This document shows positions 10,292 to 20,799 of a stretch of 55,526 bases of DNA, in pieces (the first letter of the stretch is position 1; every line of letters starts with the position of its first letter). The position numbers were made by a program, and so were the translations under genes. The notes below the pieces were generated by a model. It was not told the DNA's origin. It did not search any database and saw nothing but the letters and a program-made list of their open reading frames with translations. Source of the DNA: Cladosporium halotolerans (Eukaryota); contig NW_027191512.1 in NCBI RefSeq assembly GCF_011745625.1, forward strand, positions 1 to 55,526, given 5' to 3'.

Positions 10292-12060
10292 ATGGCAGGC
10301 GCACAGAGAAGCCCTTCGCGGGCTCCTTCTTCCGCCGGTAACAGAAACATGGACGACTCGGCAAACGGCGCCGCCCTGCTCGGCGCCCTCATGGCCTTCG
10401 GCGGGGCGTCCAAAACCAATGGCGACATGATCAGGAGCAGAGGAAACAGTCCCGGCACATCCGCTTCCAGCCTACGACGACCGCCGCCGAGCCGGATGAC
10501 CAACACTTCTCCCTCGCCGTACCGACAGCCGACCGCCCTTGCTGCTGCCCGGATGTCTCCTGTACCTCCATTGAGACCCAATCACACCGGGGAAGCTGCA
10601 TTGCAGCGAGTGCCGGCGGACAAACAACGTCCTGGTCCACCTCCTCTCAAACCCAAACCTCGAAGACTCTCCGAGCATCAGTTGAAACCTGCCTCGACCA
10701 GCCATATTCCTCCGAGTACATCATTCGTTGGCATAGTCGAAAACAACACCCTTCGCTCGCCCAAGTCAAAGCACGGCGCCAATGTTCCTCGAACGCCCTT
10801 CAGCGACATGGAAGTACGTGGTCAAGCCAAAGCTACACCACATGAAGGAAAAGACCAAGAGAGGGGTGACAAAGACGGCGCGCAACGTCAAGAAGGCAAA
10901 GGTGGTGCCCATACCGGAAGCAAAAGCCTCCCGACCGGTCAAAGTGTCCCTGCCAAGGTCCAAGGCAAACAGCAAACAGGCTACGGCGGTCCCCGTGGCA
11001 AAGAAGTCCAGGGAACGCCTGTTCGGAAAACCCAGAGAGACACTGGTACCGAGGCTGTGATCTCCGATGGGGAGTCCTCGCAAGAATACGTATCTGCTTC
11101 TGAAGATACTGCGCCGAGTCCAGCTACCCAGCGCAAGCAGAAGCCCGACGCCGTCTCTCAGCAATCACCCGGCTCCTTGCCTTCGAGATCCCCGCTTTCT
11201 CATGCTCCTCAACTCTATCCTAATGGCACGTCCCAACCCGTCGACATTGCCCGCAGACCTAGAACTTCTGACTCCTCCGCGAGATCAACATCCTCCCATT
11301 CCAATCCAAGCATCAGCGCCACTTACCATCAGCTCTACCCGCGAAGGACGACCCCGCTTACCCTTGGAGATGATCTGGCCAACGCCATGGTCGCTTCAAG
11401 TTTGGCGACATCCAGAGCAAGCTCGCCACATAGGCTTGCTCCTCCTGTACCTCAGCCCCGGCGTCCCAGCCACTTGTCGCCCTGGCGCTCCCGCACCCCG
11501 AGCCCAACCAAAGCGAAAGGCATGCGTCACACCCTTCGTGAGCCCGAGTCTTCCTCCGAGAGCGATACAGAGCAGCACCCATACGGCAAGCACAAGAAAA
11601 AACGTCACCTTCGTCCCAAGCACCCCAACAAACATCATGAAGGTATGCTGTCAATCTGTCCAGTTCCGCAACTCATGTGCTAATCAACTATCCAGGCGAT
11701 CGGAAGCGCTGGCGCGACGCCGTAACCGAGCGCGAACGCAAGCGCTACGAAGCCCTCTTCGCATCGAATCGTGGCTTACTTCTCGCCCCCAGCCAGCAGA
11801 GCCACATCTCGCCCATCGTCGTCCGCGATCTCTGGATCCGTTCCCGCCTGCCACTGTCCGAGCTCGAATACATCTGGAACCTTGTTGCGCCACACAACGA
11901 CGCGCCTGCGGCCTTCCTGAGTAAGGAAGAATTCGTTGTCGGCCTGTGGCTCATTGATCAGAGGCTCAAGGGAAGGAAGCTGCCTGTAAAGGTCTCAGAG
12001 ACGGTGTGGGCGAGTGTTCGAGGACTGCAGGGAATCAAGATCAAGAAATTCTCGGGTTGA
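10292..12060 (+). CDS. IRS4: EH-domain protein, Irs4/Tax4-like
   Basis: Ser/Pro-rich N-terminus (ATG 10292 or 10349). Intron 11643-11695 (GTATGC...GCTAAT...CAG) joins KHHEG to DRKRWRDAVTERERKRYEALFASNRG. EH domain VVRDLWIRSRLP...EEFVVGLWLIDQRLKGRKLP. Confidence 0.85.
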
Positions 12061-12994
12061 AGCTCAATGAATTTCCGGACCTGTCCTGTGCTGTGTTGGG
12101 GCGCTTCGTCGTGGCTGCCATGGTGAAGGGGTTTTCTTTGTTCTTTCATCTTCTTTGTTTTCCTGCACAGCGAGAGATACCCTATGTTCGAGCTTTTGGC
12201 CTGTATGAAATCTTTCCCACCTATGCTGGCTTTCTGCTTTTGGTCTTAATGCAGACCCATCATCAAGCAAATATCAAAATTACCCGGCTCAGCATTGTCA
12301 TTTACAATCCTTCACTCTACTTGCATCGTCAAAGCGAATCAATGTCTGCCGTGCGCAGATTCCGCACACATGATGATGTCCAGTGACGAGCGCTGTAGCT
12401 TTAAGGTCGGTCTTCTCGGCCGTAGTTTGTATAAGCGAGATTAGGCTTCCCGGCCGTACTCCAACACCGCTGTTTCATGATTGGTTGGTGACGAAAGCAA
12501 TTGATGTAGACAACCTGAGTAGCATCGGCCGTACGCAGGATGCGATTGTAGATTCATCGTTTATTGGGTAGAGCTTTCGGGACTGTTAATGGTGCCTATT
12601 TGCGATGACTTTTAGCCGTGCCACAACGGCACAGCTATCTGGAACCTCTCGATGGGGCTGCAAATGGCATCGGGCGGGTTAGTATTTAATCGCCGTTAAT
12701 GCGCGGGTCGAATCTCTTCTGTTACTTGCCGCATTGGATTCGATCACTGCTTTCGTGGTCTTTGCAAGTATTCATCAACTTCGATATATCTAATAGATCA
12801 CAGCAAGCTCGAAGCCATGCTGTTGTCAATTCAGGAGCTCGAAGCATCATGCGTTCCCCTGCCAGAAGTCACTCAGGTGAGATCTCTGTCTTTTTCCTCA
12901 CAAACAAGGTGATTCCTCTGACGATCCGAAGTTCTTTGCAGAAAACCCACACCGACCCGCTGACTGGAACGATGTCGCCTCCGTCAGAACCAGC

Positions 12995-13927
12995 ATGTCT
13001 GCCGCCGTCGCCGCTTTCAACGCAACACTTCCTCCTGCCCCTGACATCGTTGAGTCCGAGATCACCATTGCAATGCGCGACGGCTACCTTTCCACTGCAA
13101 AAGTCCGTAAACCTCTGTCGCCTCCTCGGGATGCCTCCTCGCCTCTCATCATCCTGGCCTTCGGCGGTGGCTTCATTGCCGGCGACCGGCACCAGATGGC
13201 GGTTGAAGCTCGCGCCTTCGTCCGTCTGTTCGACGCTGTAGTCGTCAACATCTCCTACCGTCTCGCGCCCGAGAACAAGTTTCCAGTCGGGTGGGACGAC
13301 GCATGGGACTCGATCAGGTGGGCCGTGGCGAACGGTTCGAGCCTTGGAGCAGATCCCCAGAGCGGGGTGATACTGGGTGGCACCAGTGCTGGTGCGAACT
13401 TAGCAGCGGTTTGTGCGCGGAGGGCGCAGGTGGAGAAGCTGGAGAGTGAGATCACGGGCGTGTGGCTGAATGTGCCGAGTGTGTTGCCTCGACATTGCGT
13501 GCCAGAGCGGTGGAGGGAGAGGCACGTTTCGATGCAGCAGAATGAGAACGCGGGTGTTTTTCCTGCGCATGCGCTCAGGAGTGTTAACCGACACTGTGGT
13601 TGGGATGAGGACTCGCCATGGCGGTCACCGGTCAATTCGAACCATCCGTTGAAGGGCCTGCCGAAGACGTTCATTCAAGTTGATGGCATGGACTGTCTTC
13701 GAGATGACGGGCTGCTTTATGATGAATTGCTTAAAAGGGTGGGCGTGGAGTCCAGATGTGTGCTATACCCAGGATGCCCGCATGCGCATGCTACTTTTCT
13801 GCCAGGCACTCAAGTGGCGGCGAAGGCACTGGTGGACGTGATGCAGGGAGTTGGGTGGATGTTGAGCAAAACAATCCTGGCGGATGAGGCTAGAAAAGCT
13901 TTGGACCTGCCTTCAGATTCATGCTAA
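12995..13927 (+). CDS. Alpha/beta hydrolase fold-3 (HSL-family) esterase/lipase
   Basis: FGGGF oxyanion region, YRLAPE, nucleophile GTSAG, D of DCLRDDG, H of GCPHAH. The start may lie further upstream. Confidence 0.9.
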   Translation: MSAAVAAFNATLPPAPDIVESEITIAMRDGYLSTAKVRKPLSPPRDASSPLIILAFGGGFIAGDRHQMAVEARAFVRLFDAVVVNISYRLAPENKFPVGWDDAWDSIRWAVANGSSLGADPQSGVILGGTSAGANLAAVCARRAQVEKLESEITGVWLNVPSVLPRHCVPERWRERHVSMQQNENAGVFPAHALRSVNRHCGWDEDSPWRSPVNSNHPLKGLPKTFIQVDGMDCLRDDGLLYDELLKRVGVESRCVLYPGCPHAHATFLPGTQVAAKALVDVMQGVGWMLSKTILADEARKALDLPSDSC

Positions 13928-14264
13928 GCGATCGAGTTGATGGATCGTATTCAATTGGGGTCGGCAACGGGAGCTTTGCTCGACACATTCTGAGGCCGAT
14001 GGAGCCTGATGGGGAAGATTGAGGACCAGCAAATGCGATTATTTTATGTTTGTTCGTTGACATCCAGTAGCCTGAGCCTCATGCTGCTTGATTGGGTCGC
14101 AAGGATGTGTTGGAGACATGAGGTCGTCGCTCCCCTCTTTACCTTGCATCTTGTGGCTTCCGCGGGCGATCAAAGCCTTGGCGCGCGAACGAGCCTTCAG
14201 CGTTGATACTGATTTCACAATCATCTTGACATACAAACGAGACGGTACCGGAGCCATCCCAGCA

Positions 14265-15113
14265 ATGACTGGACGTGGGAGACAGACTCCGCTCGTCAAG
14301 CGTCCAACCACACCGCCAGCCTCGGACTCGCTGCTGGTGGATAAGCATAAGCTATTCTCTGTGCGATCCATTGGCCCTGGTGCAGATACGGAGATCAAAT
14401 CTAAGATTCGCTCTCTTCAGGTACTCAAAAGAATTGCGCCCTTGTTTTGTGGCAGCGAAATGCCAGATCGCATACTTGATGCAATAGAAAATGAACACAG
14501 GATGGAGCATTGGTCGGGCGATGAGCTTCGCAAGGACCCCACATGGGGATTCTGCGTGTTTGTCACTTCATTCACGCAAGCCTCCGTCGAAGGATTCCCT
14601 CGCGCCCTCTAGAACTGGGTCAAGGTACAGCAGAGACAGTTGCGGTCTTTCGAGCCATCCGTATACGACGAGGAGCTTTGCAGGCGGTTTAAGCTCGATG
14701 TCATATCCGTCCAGGATCACGAAGGTGCTTCGGACGACCGCATCCGCGAGGAATTTCGCGCGTTCATGAGAGGGTTGAGACTGAACTACGAGGACGACGA
14801 AGACATGCTGGGGCACCTCGCAGGCATGCGCGCGTGTCTCGTCCTGGATGCAAAGTCCATCGTCGAGCTGGCGGAGCTCACTGGAGACGAGAGGCTCAAA
14901 GATCTTGAGCGCGTGACTGTGCGGGCGATTGATTGTGGGTGGAAGAGAAAGACTATTGCTGATTCTGAGCACACCTACCGTGGCGTGGGCGATGTGTCGA
15001 TCGTTGGCCTCGCCGATTTGTTTGACATCATCACGAAGGAAAGTGGGTTTATGGAAGGTTGCCATCCGATGAAAGGCATGCCTGAGTTTGACGAGTCGTA
15101 TGAAGGCCGTTAA
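14265..15113 (+). pseudogene. Fungal hypothetical protein (WGF-x-V-x-x-T type) interrupted by one in-frame TAG
   Basis: ORFs 14088-14612 and 14640-15113 are in the same frame, separated only by TAG 14610-14612 (FPRAL*NWVKVQQRQLRSF). No intron signals around the stop. First ATG 14265. Confidence 0.65.
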
Positions 15114-15473
15114 TATCGTTATATGGAAGCGAGACTACGTGGTGTGTGTGCGTGTCTCGACCCATGCCGTCTTGGTGTGTAGCTGTCCACGACACGCAAA
15201 GGCGAAACTCACCGCCGACTGTGTGGACAACGAGTCGTGGCTGACTGCGGCGCCAGCGGAGGTGGCATGGAGCCTTGGAGCTTGGGTGAGCTGTTGAGGT
15301 ACGTGGCAGCAATTGCTTATCGATAGCGGGGCCCGCAGCCACGAGGCCACGCCGCCCAAAACATCAGGGGCGCCAATGGCACAGCCAAATAATCATCCTC
15401 CAAGCTGAGCTGCACGCTACATCCAGCACCGCGCCCGCCACTCACTACCTGCGCCTCCGCCGCTGCCGCAAAG

Positions 15474-17111
15474 ATGGGTGTTCAGGCTGATCTGGCGAAG
15501 GATATCCACTTCATCGAGACCCCCGCGGCTCAACCCTCCGCCTTTCCTGAGCAGGACTGCAACGTCCGCACCACCAAGTCTCCCGCCATCAAGAATGCTC
15601 CGCTCCCCGCTGAAGGCCCCGGCTTCAACACCTTCAATAACTGGGTGCTGCTTGCGGCCCTCATTGGTGCACCATGGTTCTTGAGCAGGCTTGTGGGTGG
15701 CGGCTTCAAGACCAAGATCTTCTTCGGCATCATCCTGCTCTTCCCCGTTCTCATCGTCGTCTGGACCATCACTAGCAGCTACAGCCCGCGTGTGGACGAC
15801 AAAGCCAAGCTCCCCAACAGGCCCATTGAGGAGTACATCACCTTCAAGACCGATGCCCTCAAGCGTGACTATAGCGGCAGGAAGAAGGTCCCTCTCCAGG
15901 ACTTCTCCGAGATGTACATCAATGGCGAAGCTGATACTAACGGCGACCTGCTCGACGTCCTGGAGTACCGCCACGACTGGTCTCACTTTGCTCTCACCTG
16001 GTCCTTCATGAAATTCCTCCTCGGCACCTTCGCCCGCGACGTCCTCCTTCACACCCGTGACCAGGACATGGAGCAGATCAGGCCCAACTACGACAGCGGC
16101 AACGACCACTACGCCTACTTCCTCGGCCCTCGCATGATTTACACCAGCGGTCTCATCTCTGACCCTTCTCGTGAGGAAACTCTCGAGGAGCTTCAGGACA
16201 ACAAGATGGCTGCCGTCTGTGAGAAGATCGACCTTAAGGAGGGCGAGACCATGCTCGACATTGGCTGCGGCTGGGGAACCTTGGCCAAATTTGCCTCCCT
16301 CAACTACGGCGCGAAGGTCACCGGTGTCACTATCGCCGAGAAGGGTGCTGCGTACGCCACCGACGCTCTCCGCAGCGCGGGCATCACCGAGGACCAGAGC
16401 AACATCCTCTGCATGGACTACCGCGACATCCCCGAACAAAAGTTCAACAAGATCACTCAGCTCGAGATGGGTGAGCACGTTGGCGTCAAGAAGCTCACAG
16501 GATTTTTCCGCCAGTGCTACGACATGCTCGAGGACGATGGCGCCATGTACGTCCAGCTCTCTGGTCTGAGACAAGCCTGGCAGTACGAGGACTTCATCTG
16601 GGGAATCTACCTCAACAAGTACATCTTCCGCGGCGCTGACGCCTCTACTCCTCTCTGGAACTACACCCGCTCTCTGGAGAGGGCTGGCTTCGAGATCAAG
16701 GGGTAAGTGGATAAATGACAGTAGCCTAAATAAACGGCTTGAACTGACACGTCGTAGCATTGACACCGTCGGCGTTCACTACTCCGCCACGCTCTGGAGG
16801 TGGTACCGGAACTGGTGCGGCAACGCCGACACCATCAAGGCCAAGTACGGCCAGCGCTGGTTCAGGGTAAGTCCCGCTCACACCGCTCATCAGCATTCTC
16901 TCTCTCTGACAAGGTCTCTTTTTAGATTTGGGAACTCTTCCTTGCATGGTCTGTCATCGCCTCCCGCCAGGGCAGCGCCACCTGCTTCCAGATCGTCGTC
17001 GTTAAGAACCTGAACTCCACCCACCGCATTGATGGCATTGCTTCGCAGTTCGGTATCACTGGTGCTATTGCCAAGGCTAGGGCTGCTGGAAAAGGCTTCC
17101 TTCCGAAATAA
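15474..17111 (+). CDS. Sphingolipid (glucosylceramide) C9-methyltransferase, cyclopropane-fatty-acid synthase family
   Basis: Two N-terminal TM helices, FLGPRMIYTSG, SAM motif MLDIGCGWGTL, YIFRGADAS. Introns 16703-16757 and 16867-16925 restore GIDTVGVHYSATLWRWYRNW and IWELFLAWSVIASRQG; stop TAA 17109-17111. Confidence 0.93.
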
Positions 17112-17539
17112 GCGAGCTTGTTGATGCGAGGGGACACGACGCGGTTCAAAGCAGTCGGCTTGACGCGTGCTCGTGCAGCCACTGACAAGCGACTTGTCGC
17201 GAATTAAGTGAGGGCGTCGGTGGCGAGTAACTAGGGTGCTGTAAATGCGAGAGCTCTGCCGTGAGTGAGTATACACTAGATAAAATAACCTTACCCTGTC
17301 CGGATGCGGAGTCCGCCCGGCGGGAATGATGCACATAGACAGTTTATGCAAATACATGACTGACTACATGCGAAGGATTGCGATTAACTGGGGTTCCTGG
17401 TTTCACATGTGTGCCACGGCGGTCCTAGCGGCTGAGCGGCGTCGACATCTTTCGGTGTCTCGAGTTAGTGAAATGACCGCCACTAATAATACAAAAAGAT
17501 TTCGTCTTTCCTTCTTCCTGTAGGATCGCGGCAAGGAAC

Positions 17540-19096
17540 ATGGACAAACATGTCACACTCGAATCATGCAGCCTCGGCGAGGTCCGGACTTGGGATTACG
17601 AAGAGATCTACGCCAGCCTCGTGGATCCAGACTCTGGATTCGATGAACCACTCCTGAGCGCAGCCGGAGAGGAAGACAGTTCCAGACTGCCGCTCCTGCT
17701 CCAAATAGCTCAGCTCCTTGACTCGGAAGACAGAGAAACTGTTTTGACCGAGAATCCTCCTCCAGATTTCGGCGGAGGACTTTGCCTGCGTAACCCTTTA
17801 CTCCGGGCGATCGAGACAAAGCGCAGCGAGAATGTTAGGCTTCTGCTTGAGCTTGGCGCTGATCCGGATGGTGCTCTGAGGGAGACACAACTCTTCAATG
17901 CCAGGCTGTTGAGGCGCTTTACGACCATCCCATACATGCGCGGACCCGAACTTTGGAATCCTCCCACGGCTGAAGACGTCGGTTCGGTACCCCACGAGTT
18001 CATCCCTCTGACAGAAGACGAGCTACTCAAAAGGCGTGAAGAAGGGAGAGTCTCCACTTTCTGGGCTGAACCGCGTAAGACTCGTATTGAGGTTCCGCTT
18101 GAGAATGGGCTACTGAACTCAGTTGTCCAGGCATGGGCTTCGACTGCAGCTATCTTGAATCAAGTGAGAGATTCTGGTGCCGATATTAGTCACTGGCAAG
18201 GCTCTGTGGCGCATGAGCTTCTTCCTGAAGAAGACGAGCTGTCCCCGTCTGCGCTCGCCATATCGACTCCACTGCATTCGGCTATCGCAGTAGATGATAT
18301 GGAAATGCTGCAGATACTCGTTGAGCGATTCGATGTAAACTCACGAGCGATGGTGTCTGGCAGCCTAGCTTTGACTCCTGTTCAGTATGCTGTCGCCATA
18401 GGTCGCATGGAAGCTTTCCGCATTCTGAGGGCGCATCGTGACGCCGACCTCAACCTTCTGACGCCTGTATCTGGTGTGGATCTCCTGCACATTGCAGTAG
18501 CCACGTTGGGGACGGAGATCCTTGACGCGCTCGCGGACGATGTGCCGGTGTCAAAGGTTCCAGCAACAGCTCTCGGCCATTCTTTACTCCACGTCGCATG
18601 CCTCCCTTACAAGAAGCAAGAAGTCCAGGCTTCGCCGAAGATCGTGGAGTCGATCCATGATACGAGAAACATGCATTGGACACGTTTTCGGTTGCCTGTG
18701 CCAGATCATCATAGGAGTCAACAATGCCGAGATCTTGACGATGAGACAAGTAGGCAGGCGGTGATATGCAAAAATTTAGTCGAGGAGTTGAGACCAGAGG
18801 AGCTACAAAGGCCCGATTACTGCGGCAATACTCCCCTTCACTAATTGGCTAGCGGACTATTCTCGGATGAAGAGCTCATCGTATGGATGCGAAGGAAAGA
18901 TGGAGGCGGAGAGGTCTGGATGACGGCTTCAAATCGATGGGGTCATACACCACGAGATCTTTGGGAAGAGAATGAGATGTGGGCTGAGAAGGTCAAAGCG
19001 CCTTGCAGTCCAGCTAGTCGGGCTCGCACTGTCAGAGGAAGGGATGTTCCCAGAGGAGGAAGTCTGAGGGCTCGGGAGCCTAGAGGGACTTGGTGA
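17540..19096 (+). pseudogene. Ankyrin-repeat protein interrupted by one in-frame TAA
   Basis: Ankyrin motifs NPLLRAI...LLLELGADPD, STPLHSAI, LTPVQYAV, LLHIAV, GNTPLH*LA, WGHTPRDL. TAA 18842-18844 sits inside a repeat and the frame continues to TGA at 19096. Confidence 0.75.
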
Positions 19097-19143
19097 ACGC
19101 TGAACTGATAATATCTGACGTGGAATTACGCACTCAATACTAA

Positions 19144-19772
19144 TTAGTCAAAATCCTGTTCGAGGAAGGTTTCTTCCTTCCTCTTCCTATGATGTTTGTA
19201 GTTTTGGCTCCGATGCTTATCCATCTGGACCTCTACATCGCGATGGACTGTCTCAACAACCCACTCTTTCGGCCAGGGCTTTCGACCAAGCTCCTCAACA
19301 AATGCGACGCTTCGATGCCTGCCACGTTCACAGTAGCAGCCCACAGTGAGCGAAATCTCCATTGTGGGGTTGTCTGTGATAACGTGCTTAGCAGTAGTTT
19401 GCCTTCCACCAGACTTGCTTGCTGTCTGCCAGGACGACCCAGACCCTTTGGATGGTTCCACGACTCAATCAAGACCACCTGTACTATACCTCATCTAGCC
19501 TCATCAATGACAAGTGCGTGCGGGGACTCACCAGAAGCGCTTGCGATTCGCTTTTCCATTTCCGCTCTGATGTCAGCTTCTGCTGTACCCAAAAGGTTGA
19601 CAAATACGTCTTGGTGCAGCAAATGCTCTCTCAGACGTTTTGATCGACCATCGCATGCATCTCGGATATGTTTTGGCGGGTTTGTAACTCGTCGAAGGTC
19701 AAGCTTTAATGCCGGAGTTGGGGAGAGTGGAGGTGAATGAGCGTGCGAAAAGAGTAGGAGATGGACGGCCAT
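19144..19772 (-). CDS. RapZ C-terminal-domain-like protein (possibly pseudogene)
   Basis: Exon 1 from ATG 19772 (LDLRRVTNPP...DGRSKRLREHL), intron 19531-19479 (GTGAGT...TACAG), exon 2 with LTVGCYCERGRHRSVAFVEEL...VHRD, resembling the RapZ/YhbJ CTD (GCTGG-x-HRSV...HRD). The spliced frame has TGA at 19467-19465. Confidence 0.7.
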
Positions 19773-20799
19773 CGATGCTGACTCCGGCGGATCGTGACAG
19801 AGATTCGAGTGATCCTTGGATGAGGAGTACTGAGCGGGTCTAGGCGATTTCGATCTGTAGACCACAATAGTGACAGTACAGATGTGTGAAACAATGTCCG
19901 ATGACTCAATAAGCGGGGCAAGAGTTGAGGATCATCTGTACCTGAACCTAGCCAAAACAGGCCGTTCAGGTTCCTCATCTATCCTTTTCTTCCCAGAACC
20001 ATGCAAAGTATTCGATTTAGTACGTTAACAAGCCACTCCGGCTTTGATGTACTCTAGAATCGCAGCACAGTAGTTCTACTGCACACTATCTTCAGTGTCA
20101 AAGTCTCCACAAGTGACTTGCCCATGCGGAGAAGGCATTTCTCAAAGCCGGTCACTCGGGAGCTGATGATGTTCTATGTTGTTGATGCCGTAAGCCCAGG
20201 CTGGGTTGGGTATAGGGGAATGCGAGCAAGTACATAGGTAGGTGAACGAGGGCCGGGGCCGCTGCCTCCCACCTCATCCCATATTTACAACTGTAGATCG
20301 TGTAAGCATTTGCGAAGAAAGCTTGGGGTACTGTACCTCTAGCCTGACGGGCGGATTTTGCGGCTGGACGCGGCTTTCCAATGCAGTCATTGAATTAATG
20401 CGGACTCGAATCTCACAGTCTCCCTTTCCTTTTCGGGCGTGGAGATCTGCCTAGCACAACGGTGATCAGCATAGTCCGCATCCAAAAATGACATCAGCTC
20501 GAGACACAGAAAGCATCACCTCCATATTTGGAGTATGCATTGATCTCCGTGAGCTCAAGAGTTTTTGGAGTTCCACTCTTTCGGTTTCCGCTGATGACCA
20601 TCTCTTTCGAACAGGGTGGCTCCAGATCACGCCACCAGCTCATGGCCAACGATCTGACATTCTGCTTCAATAATCTACGAAGCGGTGAACGGTTGTTTCC
20701 AAAACGCTTTCCGCAACCATAGGAAGGCTTCGGTTCACTTTCAGACTTCCATTCTACGCGTCCGCTTACCACTAAGCGACTCCGTACTCCAACACCTAC

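Noticed and set aside
12613..12690. 10-bp hairpin (12613-12637) and GGGCGGGTTAGTA resembling part of 5S rRNA
   Set aside because: The flanks do not follow the 5S sequence or structure, and a single short hairpin is expected by chance.
15417..16766. 449-aa antisense ORF over the C9-methyltransferase (similar shadows over DCP2, CAF16, TRP4, DUF676)
   Set aside because: Expected by-product of strong C/G-ending codon bias on the sense strand; no recognisable motifs.
14610..19467. Stop-codon reassignment (alternative genetic code)
   Set aside because: Three different stops are involved, and intact genes in the window terminate with TAA, TAG and TGA.
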